This document shows, in pieces, positions 10,881 through 20,437 of a stretch of DNA of 64,000 nt. Made by a program: the position numbers and the translations under genes. Each line of letters starts with the position of its first letter. Positions within the stretch are counted from its first letter, which is position 1. The notes under the pieces are model-generated. The model was not told the origin of the DNA, made no database searches, and worked only from the letters and a program-made list of their open reading frames with translations. Origin of the DNA: Leptospiraceae bacterium (lineage in GTDB: Bacteria > Spirochaetota > Leptospiria > Leptospirales > Leptospiraceae); assembly GCA_024233835.1 (NCBI GenBank), contig JACKPC010000001.1, positions 1,477,442-1,541,441 of the forward strand. The letters are read 5' to 3'.

Positions 10881-13800
10881 ATGATAGAAGAAAGAAAGGT
10901 TAAATATCCGGGAATACCGGAGGCTATGGATGGAAACACAGCTGCCATCATGTGTGAGAGGGAGTCATCGGATGCTGCCGGAGCCTACCCCATCACACCT
11001 TCAACCCAGATGGGAGAATACTGGGCCTATGAATCTGCTAATGGACATCTGAATATCTCCGGGAAGCCCTTGATTTTTATTGAGCCGGAAGGAGAACATG
11101 CAGCAGCGGCAGTAACCGCAGGTTTATCCATGACGGGTTTACGCTCAACGAATTTCTCTTCCGGTCAGGGGATAGCCTACATGCACGAATCGTTATATGC
11201 AGCCGTAGGTAAAAGGCTTACCTATGTTTTAAATATGGGTTGTAGGGCTATGACCAAAGCTACCTTAAACGTACATGCCGGGCATGACGACTATCACGCA
11301 ATCGATGATACCGGTTTTTTCCAGGTTTTCGCAAAGAACGTCCAGCAGGTAGCCGACTTAAATATTATTGCTCATAAAATTGCAGAACTGGCACTAACAC
11401 CGGGCATAGTGGCCCAGGATGGTTTTTTAACCACCCACCTTATCGAGTCCTTACGACTCCCGGAAAGAGAATTAATCGCGGAATTTTTAGGAAGACCGGA
11501 TGATTTGATTGAAACTCCTACACTAGCCCAGGAGCTTATCTACGGTAAAACGAGGAGACGTATTCCTGAACTCTGGGATGTAGACAACCCGGTGATGGCA
11601 GGTGTCGTACAGAATCAGGACTCCTATATGCAAAGTGTAGCCTCTCAGCGTCCTTTCTTTTTTGATCATATAGAAGAATTAACCCTGAAAGCCATGGAGG
11701 AATTTTACCAGCTTACAGGTAGAATGTATGGACTCATCGAAACCTATAGGGCCGAGGATGCAGATATTCTTTTTGTAGGGCAGGGAAGCGTAATCCCGAA
11801 TGCTGAGGCTGTAAGTGATTATTTAAGAAATAGCCGGGGACTTAAAGTTGGGGTTGTCAATCTTACCATGTTCCGTCCTTTCCCCGGAAGCTATATAAGT
11901 AAAGTCTTAAAGAATAAGAAAAAAGTGATAGTTCTTGAAAGAACAGATCAGCCCCTGGCAGAAGATCTGCCTTTAATGAGAGAAATTCGTTCAGCTTTGA
12001 ATAAGGCTTATGAAAATGGAAGAGCAGAAGGAGAAAAGCCCTATCCGAAATACGATACTTACAATCAGTTAAACGATTCACCGGAACTCTATTCAGCTTC
12101 TTACGGACTGGGAAGTAGAGATACACAACCTGAAGCACTTATCGGTGCTGTAGAAAATGTCTTACCCGGTGGTAAAAACAAAAAGATGTTTTATCTTTCC
12201 ATAGATTTTGTTCGGGAAAAATCTATAACCAAAAACCAGGAAGATTATCAAAAAGAACTCCTCTCTAAATATCCGAACCTGAAAGATCTAGCCATTCGAG
12301 GTACTGAAAACCCTGATTTAATGCCGGAGGGAGCTATCACAGTAAGAATTCATTCCATTGGCGGCTGGGGTGCTATGGCTACGGGAAAAAATTTAACCAT
12401 GACCCTTTCTGATATCCTCGGTTATTACATTAAATCCAATCCGAAATACGGTTCAGAAAAAAAAGGACAACCCACCACGTATTATCTCGCTGTGGCGCCC
12501 GAACCTATCCGGGTAAACTGTGAATTTTTCTATGTTGACGCGGTATTGTCACCGGACCCGAATGTCTTCAAACATTCCAATCCCCTCGCCGGTTTAAAAA
12601 AAGGGGGAACCTTTATCATACAGAGCGATTTAAAAGATCCGGAAAAAGTATGGAATACGATTCCGCACAAATATCAAAAAATTATAATTGATAACAAAAT
12701 CAAGATATACTTCATCGATGCCTTTAAAATCGCCAGAGAGGAAGCTACTGATGCAGAACTTCAATTCAGAATGCAGGGAATGGCTTTCCAGGGAAGTTTT
12801 TTTGCCGTAGAAGAAAAGCTAAAAGGAACGTTAAGCGAATCGGAACTTTTTACAAAGATCCGGGAGCAGATAGAATCAAAATTTGGCTCAAAAGGTAAAA
12901 GGGTTATTGAAGATAACCTGAGAGTTGTACTGCGTGGTTATGAAGAAACAAAGAGCATTACAGAACTCATCCTGAAGCCCGAAGAACCCAAAACTCTTTT
13001 AAAAGTACAGGGCATGCCGACTCTTTTAGAAAAAATGCCTGTTAACTCCAATCTCAAAACAGACATACATAGATTCTGGCAGCAAACCGGTTATTTTTAT
13101 TTAAACGGACTTGGCAATGATGTAATTGCAGATCCTTTTATTGGCATGAGTCTGATTCCGGCTGCTACAGGAATTTTTAGAGACATGACAAACATTCGTT
13201 TTGAGCATCCTCAGTGGATTGCAGAAAAATGTACCGGCTGTGGTAGTTGCTGGACGATGTGTCCTGACTCTGCAATTCCCGGTCTTGTCAGCGAAATAAA
13301 ACAGGTCTTTGGAACTGTTGTTAAGCGTCTTAAGAAGCAGGGTAAATCTGTGCAGTATATCAGTCCTGTTTTACCGGCCCTGGAAAAAAATGTTCGTAAT
13401 AAAATCGATACCGGTGATGTAAGCTACTCCTTTCTGGATCATTTGAAATTTGCAATAAAAGAAATTACTAAATCACCAGGGCTTCAACCGGAAGAAAAAA
13501 GAGACATGGAAGCCGAGTTTCAAAATTTCTGGTCAGAAATTAAGAATGTACAATTCTCTATTACCCGTCCTTTTTACAACCGCATGGAAAAAGCGGAAAA
13601 GGGTTCAGGAGGTTTACTGACCATTAATATAAACCCCTATACCTGCAAGGGTTGCATGGAATGTGTGGATGTTTGTAATGATAAGGCACTTGTTCCTCAG
13701 ACACAAACCGAAGAATCGGTAAGGATTCTACAACAAAACTGGGAATTCTGGCAGGATTTACCCGATACAAATTCCAGGTATATCCGTATTGATGACCTCG

Positions 13801-15449
13801 AAGAAGGTATCGGAGCTCTTGAAACTTTACTTCTGAATAAGAATAACTATCTCTCTATTGTGAGCGGGGACGGAGCCTGTCTGGGTTGTGCGGAAAAAAC
13901 AGTTCTGCATTTGTTTACGGCAACAGTAACGGCCCTGATGCAAAAGCGCGTAGTAGAGCACCTCGAGAAAGTAAACCTCCTGACTCTCAAGTTAGAAGAA
14001 AAAATCAAATCCAGCCTCACTCCGGAGCTAAAAGATACGGGGATTTTAGAGAAAATTTTAAATAGCCCTGGCCATACCGCCTGGACTCGTTCCGAAATTT
14101 CTGCCGAATTAGAAGAACAAAAGGTGGCTATAGATTCTGAAAAATTAAAAGTCCTTGCCCATCTGGTAAATGAATTAAAGCAAATTCAATGGCGTTACGC
14201 CACAGGCACGAGCGGCAAGGGTCGTTCTTCCATGGGTATGATCAATGCAACAGGCTGCTCTTCGGTCTGGGGTTCCACCTATCCGATTAACCCTTACCCA
14301 TTTCCCTGGACCAATCATCTGTTTCAGGATAGTCCTTCTATTGCTATGGGAATTTTTGAAGGTCATATGAGAAAAATGGCCGAGCAATTTAAAATCATCC
14401 GTCAGGCAGAAATGGAACTCGGTCTTCGTCCCGAGGAAGATTTGAAATACTTTAACTGGCAAAAGTTCACCGATGATGAATTCCATCTCTGTCCACCGGT
14501 TATCGCTGTAGGTGGAGATGGTGCCATGTATGACATCGGTTTCCAGAACCTATCCCGTTTAATGATGAGCGGAAAACCCATTAAGGTCGTAATTTTAGAT
14601 ACCCAGGTTTATTCGAATACAGGAGGCCAGGCCTGTACTTCCGGTTTCCCGGGTCAGATAAGCGATATGGCGGCTTATGGCAAGAAAAATCACGGAAAAG
14701 AAGAAATCCGGAAAGAAATTGGTTTCATCGCCCTTGCTCATAGAACCTCTTATGTCCTGCAAAGTAGTGTTGCCAATCCTACTCACCTGATAGAAGGTTT
14801 TATTGAAGGAATTCGCTCCAAAAGACCGGCTATTTTCAATGTATTCTGTAGCTGTCCGGCAGAACACGGAGTCGCAGATGATGTGACTTTTGATCAGGCC
14901 CGTCTGGCTCTTGAATCCCGTGCTTACCCGGTTTTCCGTTATAACCCGGACCGGGGAGCAAACATTCAGGACTGCTTTGATATTGAAGGAAATCCGGAAC
15001 CTGACAAGCTCTGGCCCGAATATGAATTACGTTACCGGGATGAAAGAGGAGTCGAAAAAAATATGAAAATTGAAATGACTTTTGCTGACTATGCAGCAAC
15101 TGAAGGTCGTTTCCGGAATCACTTTCGGCATGCTCCACACGAAACCTGGGATGATGACAAAATGATTCCTCTTACAGAATTCATAGACTTGAACGAAGAA
15201 GAGAAAAAAGATAAATATCCTTATATCTGGGCCATTGATGCCAAAAAAGGTTTAGATAGGCTACTCGTTTCTTCTGAAATCGTAGCCGCTACAATGGACA
15301 GGGTAAACTTCTGGAAAACCATTACTTTTCTCGCCGGTGCTGAACAAGAAAAAGTTAGCGAAAATGATATTCGTAAGCAGGTGCAATCTGAAATGGTAGA
15401 TAAATTCACCCAATCACTACTGCAATTGGCTTCGGGTCAGGTTGCATAA
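10881..15449 (+). CDS. Pyruvate/2-oxoacid:ferredoxin oxidoreductase, single-chain PFOR family, unusually long (1522 aa)
   Basis: PFOR domain I at the N-terminus, two 4Fe-4S motifs (CTGCGSCWTMCP, CKGCMECVDVCN), a TPP-binding GDG...N motif (GGDGAMYDIG...NTGGQ). RBS AAGGGGGA lies upstream. Confidence 0.85.
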   Translation: MIEERKVKYPGIPEAMDGNTAAIMCERESSDAAGAYPITPSTQMGEYWAYESANGHLNISGKPLIFIEPEGEHAAAAVTAGLSMTGLRSTNFSSGQGIAYMHESLYAAVGKRLTYVLNMGCRAMTKATLNVHAGHDDYHAIDDTGFFQVFAKNVQQVADLNIIAHKIAELALTPGIVAQDGFLTTHLIESLRLPERELIAEFLGRPDDLIETPTLAQELIYGKTRRRIPELWDVDNPVMAGVVQNQDSYMQSVASQRPFFFDHIEELTLKAMEEFYQLTGRMYGLIETYRAEDADILFVGQGSVIPNAEAVSDYLRNSRGLKVGVVNLTMFRPFPGSYISKVLKNKKKVIVLERTDQPLAEDLPLMREIRSALNKAYENGRAEGEKPYPKYDTYNQLNDSPELYSASYGLGSRDTQPEALIGAVENVLPGGKNKKMFYLSIDFVREKSITKNQEDYQKELLSKYPNLKDLAIRGTENPDLMPEGAITVRIHSIGGWGAMATGKNLTMTLSDILGYYIKSNPKYGSEKKGQPTTYYLAVAPEPIRVNCEFFYVDAVLSPDPNVFKHSNPLAGLKKGGTFIIQSDLKDPEKVWNTIPHKYQKIIIDNKIKIYFIDAFKIAREEATDAELQFRMQGMAFQGSFFAVEEKLKGTLSESELFTKIREQIESKFGSKGKRVIEDNLRVVLRGYEETKSITELILKPEEPKTLLKVQGMPTLLEKMPVNSNLKTDIHRFWQQTGYFYLNGLGNDVIADPFIGMSLIPAATGIFRDMTNIRFEHPQWIAEKCTGCGSCWTMCPDSAIPGLVSEIKQVFGTVVKRLKKQGKSVQYISPVLPALEKNVRNKIDTGDVSYSFLDHLKFAIKEITKSPGLQPEEKRDMEAEFQNFWSEIKNVQFSITRPFYNRMEKAEKGSGGLLTININPYTCKGCMECVDVCNDKALVPQTQTEESVRILQQNWEFWQDLPDTNSRYIRIDDLEEGIGALETLLLNKNNYLSIVSGDGACLGCAEKTVLHLFTATVTALMQKRVVEHLEKVNLLTLKLEEKIKSSLTPELKDTGILEKILNSPGHTAWTRSEISAELEEQKVAIDSEKLKVLAHLVNELKQIQWRYATGTSGKGRSSMGMINATGCSSVWGSTYPINPYPFPWTNHLFQDSPSIAMGIFEGHMRKMAEQFKIIRQAEMELGLRPEEDLKYFNWQKFTDDEFHLCPPVIAVGGDGAMYDIGFQNLSRLMMSGKPIKVVILDTQVYSNTGGQACTSGFPGQISDMAAYGKKNHGKEEIRKEIGFIALAHRTSYVLQSSVANPTHLIEGFIEGIRSKRPAIFNVFCSCPAEHGVADDVTFDQARLALESRAYPVFRYNPDRGANIQDCFDIEGNPEPDKLWPEYELRYRDERGVEKNMKIEMTFADYAATEGRFRNHFRHAPHETWDDDKMIPLTEFIDLNEEEKKDKYPYIWAIDAKKGLDRLLVSSEIVAATMDRVNFWKTITFLAGAEQEKVSENDIRKQVQSEMVDKFTQSLLQLASGQVA

Positions 15450-15459
15450 GGAGGCCGAT

Positions 15460-17325
15460 ATGACTCAGGTGGCAGAAATTAAAAAGATCGCGGTAAAAGA
15501 TCATGTAGTCGAATTTGTTTCCGATGCAGGAGAGGGAGCTCAAAAAGCCGGAGTAACTTTCGCAAAAGTCTCCGCCAGGATGGGGAATAGTCTCTGGACA
15601 GTAGAAATTATTCCTTCTGAAATACAACCTCCTCCTCATACAGTGGGAAGTGCTTCCGGAAATAGAATTCGGCTGGGTACAAAAACCATCACGAACGGAG
15701 GGAATAGAGCCAATGTGGTATTAGCTTTTAATGAAATGTCTCTTCTTTCTCGTGTTCAGAACGATGCTTTATCTGAGGATGTAATTGTTATAATAGACAA
15801 TCAGTGGGCAACTCATGAGTTAATGGAAATTCGGGAGGGCTATAGAAAAATCCTGAATGATTTGAAGGATAAAGGTGCCCGGATCTACGAGATTCCCATT
15901 GAAGAAGAAACAAAGAAGATACTGGATGATCCGAGACAGGGAAAAAACATGTTTGCCCTCGGTGTCCTGAGTTTTCTTTATTCCAGGGACCTGGAGATTC
16001 TACGTCAATGCGTAAGTGATACATTTGAGAAGAAGTCAGACTCAGTTCAGGAAAAGAACATTGCTCTTGTAGAAAACGGTTATTACTTCGCTGAAAAAAT
16101 ATTTGATTATCAGTTTGAAATCGACTCGATTCCCCTTGAAAAACCCATGGTAGCCATGAATGGAAACCAGGCTATTGCTCTCGGTACTATAGCTGCCGGT
16201 TTTGAACTCTGCTCTATGTATCCCATTACTCCGGCCACATCTGCTTCACATTTTCTTTCTTCCCTATTTGAAAGCTTTGGTGGTTTTGTGCATCAGGCGG
16301 AAGATGAAATTGCTGCTATAGGAGTAGCTGTTGGGGCTGCCTATGCCGGAAAGCCTGCTCTCACCATTACTTCCGGCCCGGGCATGGCCTTAAAAACCGA
16401 ATTTTTGGGGCTTACGGTTATGACCGAAACTCCTCTGGTTGTAGTCGATGTACAGCGCGGAGGTCCCAGTACCGGCTTACCTACTAAAATTGAGCAGAGT
16501 GATTTGTTAGCTTCTTTGTATAGTACTCCCGGAGATGCACCCAAAGTTATTCTTGCACCGGCTACCATCGAAGAGTGTTATTATATAATGAAAACCGCAC
16601 GTAAGATTGCGGAAGATTTTCGTATGCTTGTGATTATTCTTTCCGATGCCAATCTGGCTACTGGCGTTCAACTATTCCCACGTCCTGAAGTAAAAGAAGG
16701 GAGTATTCCTCCGGCTCCTTCCCGCGAATCCCTGGAACCGGGTAGTCTGGGTTTTGATTGGGATGCAGAAACCGGTCTTTCTCAAAGGCTTATACCCGGT
16801 CAAAAAAATGGAGTAGGCATGACTTCCTCACTCAACCACAATCGTGCCGGGCTTGTGCGTTATGATACGGAAACGAATGAACTCGGTCATACTATGAGAA
16901 GTAGGAAGTTAGCGGTTTTACAAAAATCTTTGAAACTACCCGAAATCATGGGAGAAGAAGAAGGAGACCTTCTGATTCTGGGCTGGGGTTCGACAAAAGG
17001 TGCCATTGAAGAAGCCGTTCGTTCTCTACAAGAAAAAGGTCATAAAATATCTTCCTTACATTTAAGATTTATATGTCCTCTTCCTTCCGGTTTAAAAGAG
17101 GTTTTTCAAAAATTTAAAAAAGTGATGACTGTTGAGCTAAATTATAGTGATCCCAAAATAGCTCCCTACATCGACTCTGAAAATAGACGTATGAGTCAGT
17201 TGGCACTCTATTTAAGAGCACATACTTTGACCGACATTGACTGCTATTCCCGTGTTTTAGGAAGGCCGATTATGCCTGGTGAGATTGAAGAAGCCCTGAG
17301 TGGTTTTTTAAAGGAGATAAAATAA
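15460..17325 (+). CDS. korA: 2-oxoglutarate/2-oxoacid:ferredoxin oxidoreductase subunit alpha (fused gamma-alpha, Mtb KorA-type)
   Basis: N-terminal POR gamma-like domain followed by an alpha domain. The ORF track starts at TTG 15442, but the ATG at 15460 has a strong AAGGAGG RBS 5 nt upstream. Confidence 0.85.
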   Translation: MTQVAEIKKIAVKDHVVEFVSDAGEGAQKAGVTFAKVSARMGNSLWTVEIIPSEIQPPPHTVGSASGNRIRLGTKTITNGGNRANVVLAFNEMSLLSRVQNDALSEDVIVIIDNQWATHELMEIREGYRKILNDLKDKGARIYEIPIEEETKKILDDPRQGKNMFALGVLSFLYSRDLEILRQCVSDTFEKKSDSVQEKNIALVENGYYFAEKIFDYQFEIDSIPLEKPMVAMNGNQAIALGTIAAGFELCSMYPITPATSASHFLSSLFESFGGFVHQAEDEIAAIGVAVGAAYAGKPALTITSGPGMALKTEFLGLTVMTETPLVVVDVQRGGPSTGLPTKIEQSDLLASLYSTPGDAPKVILAPATIEECYYIMKTARKIAEDFRMLVIILSDANLATGVQLFPRPEVKEGSIPPAPSRESLEPGSLGFDWDAETGLSQRLIPGQKNGVGMTSSLNHNRAGLVRYDTETNELGHTMRSRKLAVLQKSLKLPEIMGEEEGDLLILGWGSTKGAIEEAVRSLQEKGHKISSLHLRFICPLPSGLKEVFQKFKKVMTVELNYSDPKIAPYIDSENRRMSQLALYLRAHTLTDIDCYSRVLGRPIMPGEIEEALSGFLKEIK

Positions 17326-18288
17326 ATGTATTCTGCCGAAATCGATGAATATTTACAGCACGAATGTGAACTGGAACATAGCTTTTATTTAGAAGACTAC
17401 GAAGGGGAAATTGCTCGCTGGTGCAAGGGTTGCGGAGATCATGCCATTTTAAGTTCTGTGCAAAAAATCCTGAGAGGAAGACAAATTAATCCTGAGTCGG
17501 TTGTATGCGTTTCGGGAATTGGTTGTTCTTCCCGTTTTCCTTATTACTTAAAAACGTATGGTTTTCATGGAATTCACGGACGTGCTCTGCCCCTGTCAAC
17601 CGGAGTATCCCTTGCCCGCTCAGATTTGCATGTTATTACCGTAATGGGAGATGGAGACTGTTTCAGTATTGGTGCCGGTCACTGGATTCACGCTTTGCGT
17701 TATAATGTTAATCTAACGGTTCTTGTTTTTGATAATGAAATTTATGCTCTAACAAAGAAGCAGGCTTCTCCCACTACAAAGATGGGAGTTGCAACGAACA
17801 CGAGTCCTAAAGGAGCTTATCTCGAAGCTTTGAATCCCCTTACTACCATACTCGGTGTTACCAACGTTTCCTTTCTTGCCCAGACAGCTACCTGGCTACC
17901 GGCCCACCTGAGTGAGACCATTGAAAAGGCTTGGGATCATGAAGGATTGTCTTTTGTGCGTATTTTACAACGCTGCCCCATATTTTCACCCGATGCGTTT
18001 ATGCAGGGAAATAAGGTGACGGTTCCCATGCGTTTTTTAAAGAATCCGAAGGGTATCTCGGTGAGTTCTAACCTCGAAAGAATGGGAGAGGTCGTAGAAC
18101 ATAATCCTTTTGACCTGCAACATGCCAGGGAAATTGCCGGTGACAAAGAAAAGGAGCCTATGGGGCTATTATATTATAATCCGGAAATTCCCAGTTATAA
18201 TCAAATACGGCATTCAAAAGTTATACAAAAATCTCCGGAAGAGAAAGTTGCAGATTTCAACCGCGAGTTAGATAAATACCTTGTGTAA
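17326..18288 (+). CDS. korB: 2-oxoacid:ferredoxin oxidoreductase subunit beta (TPP-binding)
   Basis: TPP motif GDGDCFSIG...N; start is tightly coupled to the korA stop. Confidence 0.85.
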   Translation: MYSAEIDEYLQHECELEHSFYLEDYEGEIARWCKGCGDHAILSSVQKILRGRQINPESVVCVSGIGCSSRFPYYLKTYGFHGIHGRALPLSTGVSLARSDLHVITVMGDGDCFSIGAGHWIHALRYNVNLTVLVFDNEIYALTKKQASPTTKMGVATNTSPKGAYLEALNPLTTILGVTNVSFLAQTATWLPAHLSETIEKAWDHEGLSFVRILQRCPIFSPDAFMQGNKVTVPMRFLKNPKGISVSSNLERMGEVVEHNPFDLQHAREIAGDKEKEPMGLLYYNPEIPSYNQIRHSKVIQKSPEEKVADFNRELDKYLV

Positions 18289-18303
18289 TAGAAAGAGGGA
18301 AAA

Positions 18304-20085
18304 ATGAAATTACATTTAATGATTCAAGAACAGTTAACAAAAATTTGGTATAGTAAAGAAACTGTCCTGAAAGAAAAAAACCAGGAAATCTTATTGTTTT
18401 TCAAAGAGATGCTGGAGAAAAACCAGGTAGAATCTGAAAACCATTTAGATAAATTTGGAGAATTTGCTGATAGTTTTCTTGATACTTCTTCTCTTTCTAA
18501 AATCCTGGATAAGAAAAAACACAAAGACTTTCCCGAACAAAGAAAGAAAGGGATTCAAAGAGCCATTGATATTTTAGAAAAATATAATAAACAGGGTTTG
18601 CCTTCCCCATTCTTTAAAGAGTTTTCTTTTGATTCCGATTATGAGAATTTACTTCCTTCTATAGAAGAGCATTTTCATCCATTTAACGAACTCTTTTACG
18701 CCTACCGTATCTATGATTTTGAAAAGAATGCAAGCTTTAACCAACACAAAGCTTTCTATGAGAAAGAAATATTAAAAAGTGTGAATTTAACAAAGATGGA
18801 ATGGGAATTAACTTCCTGTTTTGTAGTCTGGAAAATGGGAGAATTAGAAAGCCCGGTAGATTTTTTCTCTGTATTGAGAGAAATTAGTAAATCCGAATAT
18901 CCTATAAAACTAATGTTTTTAGAAACCGAGCCCGTTCTGCCGCCTGCTTCAGAAGACTCCGAGGAATATTTCGCTCATTTAGTTCCTACCGATCTGGCAC
19001 TTTTAGCTCCTGCTCTCCAGAAAATACACTATTTTCAAAGTCCTGTAGAAGTAGATAGGGAAATTTTTCAGAAGAAATTAGAGAACTGCTGGTCGGGACA
19101 TTATTCAAGCTTTATCAGGCTCTATTTAGGGAAAGAAAATCCTTATCTGGCAGCAGTCGGTCGTTATGTTCCTTATTTTGAATATAATCCGGGTATAGAT
19201 TTTAATTTTAGTTCTTGTATTAGCCTCGAAGGAAACCTGGAATTAAACGAAATTTGGGGAAAAGAAATTGCAAGACAGGGAAGTATTTCCCATCGGGCTA
19301 CTATATCTTTTGCTGATTTTCTATGCAGGGAAGGTTTAGCAAAGGATCATTTTACGGAACCACAGAACCAGGGAAAAAAGCGTCCTATAGATGTCAGTGA
19401 ATATCTGGATCTGGATCGCTGGAACCGGGAACATTACTATCCGATTGCTCATGATAGTAAAGGAAAATCCTGGCTTGTATCTCAGGTTATAGTTGCACTT
19501 TCTGTAGAACATGCAAAAATTTGGCGAGTTATGCAAAATTGGGCAGGTATAGCCAATCCTGAATTTGAAGAGAAGCTCAAAGCTTTAAAAATACAGCTTA
19601 AACTGGAAAAGGAGCAGGCATTAAAGGAGCAGGCTGCCAAAATTATAGAAGAAAAAGATGCAGAAAAAGAAAAGTTGTTAAGTCAGAGCTTTCGTAACCT
19701 GGTTGTTAATCTTCTAAATAAAAATGGAGCCGGCATAACTGAGCTGGTATCCAATCTGAGTTATACTTCCCTTTCAAATGGAAAGGCATTTTCCTCTGAG
19801 CCGCAACAGCCGCAGGCCGGACCTTCTGAAAAACCCAAGGAAGAACTCTGGATAGACTCAAGTCTCTGTACTGCCTGTGATGAGTGTGTTACGATTAACC
19901 GGAACATCTTTGCTTATAATTCGGAGAAACAGGCTATAGTAAAAAACCCCAGGGGAGGCCCTTTCAAAGATATGGTGAAAGCTGCTGAAAAGTGTTCCGC
20001 AGGCATTATACATCCGGGTAAACCCTGGGATGAGAAAGAGAAAGACCTGGAGAAACTTATCAAAAGAGCTGAGAAGTATAACTAA
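18304..20085 (+). CDS. Hypothetical 593-aa protein with a C-terminal single-cluster ferredoxin-like domain
   Basis: C-terminal CTACDECV...C pattern (Fer4_13-like, CxxCxxC plus a remote Cys). The N-terminal ~500 aa has no recognizable motif. It follows korAB on the same strand. Confidence 0.6.
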   Translation: MKLHLMIQEQLTKIWYSKETVLKEKNQEILLFFKEMLEKNQVESENHLDKFGEFADSFLDTSSLSKILDKKKHKDFPEQRKKGIQRAIDILEKYNKQGLPSPFFKEFSFDSDYENLLPSIEEHFHPFNELFYAYRIYDFEKNASFNQHKAFYEKEILKSVNLTKMEWELTSCFVVWKMGELESPVDFFSVLREISKSEYPIKLMFLETEPVLPPASEDSEEYFAHLVPTDLALLAPALQKIHYFQSPVEVDREIFQKKLENCWSGHYSSFIRLYLGKENPYLAAVGRYVPYFEYNPGIDFNFSSCISLEGNLELNEIWGKEIARQGSISHRATISFADFLCREGLAKDHFTEPQNQGKKRPIDVSEYLDLDRWNREHYYPIAHDSKGKSWLVSQVIVALSVEHAKIWRVMQNWAGIANPEFEEKLKALKIQLKLEKEQALKEQAAKIIEEKDAEKEKLLSQSFRNLVVNLLNKNGAGITELVSNLSYTSLSNGKAFSSEPQQPQAGPSEKPKEELWIDSSLCTACDECVTINRNIFAYNSEKQAIVKNPRGGPFKDMVKAAEKCSAGIIHPGKPWDEKEKDLEKLIKRAEKYN

Positions 20086-20130
20086 GTAAGAAGGGGGATG
20101 AAAACTACTGGTTTTTCTGGAAAACTCCTA

Positions 20131-20180
20131 TTGACTACCGGTTTATACGGGTAGTCAAGGGAATGTCTACCAGGTTTTTT
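20131..20180 (+). terminator. 9-bp perfect inverted repeat TTGACTACC-N10-GGTAGTCAA followed by a T6 run; terminator or operator
   Basis: Read directly. Lies 45 bp downstream of the ferredoxin-domain gene stop. The T-run is 16 nt from the stem, so it is not a canonical terminator. Confidence 0.3.
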
Positions 20181-20437
20181 AAGCGGATACTCCAAAATCA
20201 AAAAAACATAGATTACTTGCAATTAGAATAATTAAAGCCGTTATAGATATCCTTAAAAAAAAATCTCTAAATATGTTTTTTACTTTTATTTTATAGTAAC
20301 CTGTCATAATATTACCCTATCATGTCGATGCTAAAGGATATATTGCAGATTCTGGAATTTTAAAAGTTCCACCTATAAAATTTTCTGCTGTACAGTATTC
20401 CGGAACATCTATAGAAGGGGAAATCACAAAACAAACC

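Noticed and set aside
14175-15409. Several 60-100-aa minus-strand ORFs (14175-14486, 14595-14867, 14836-15138, 15221-15409)
   Set aside because: All are antisense to the well-supported PFOR gene; shadow ORFs of a long gene on the opposite strand.
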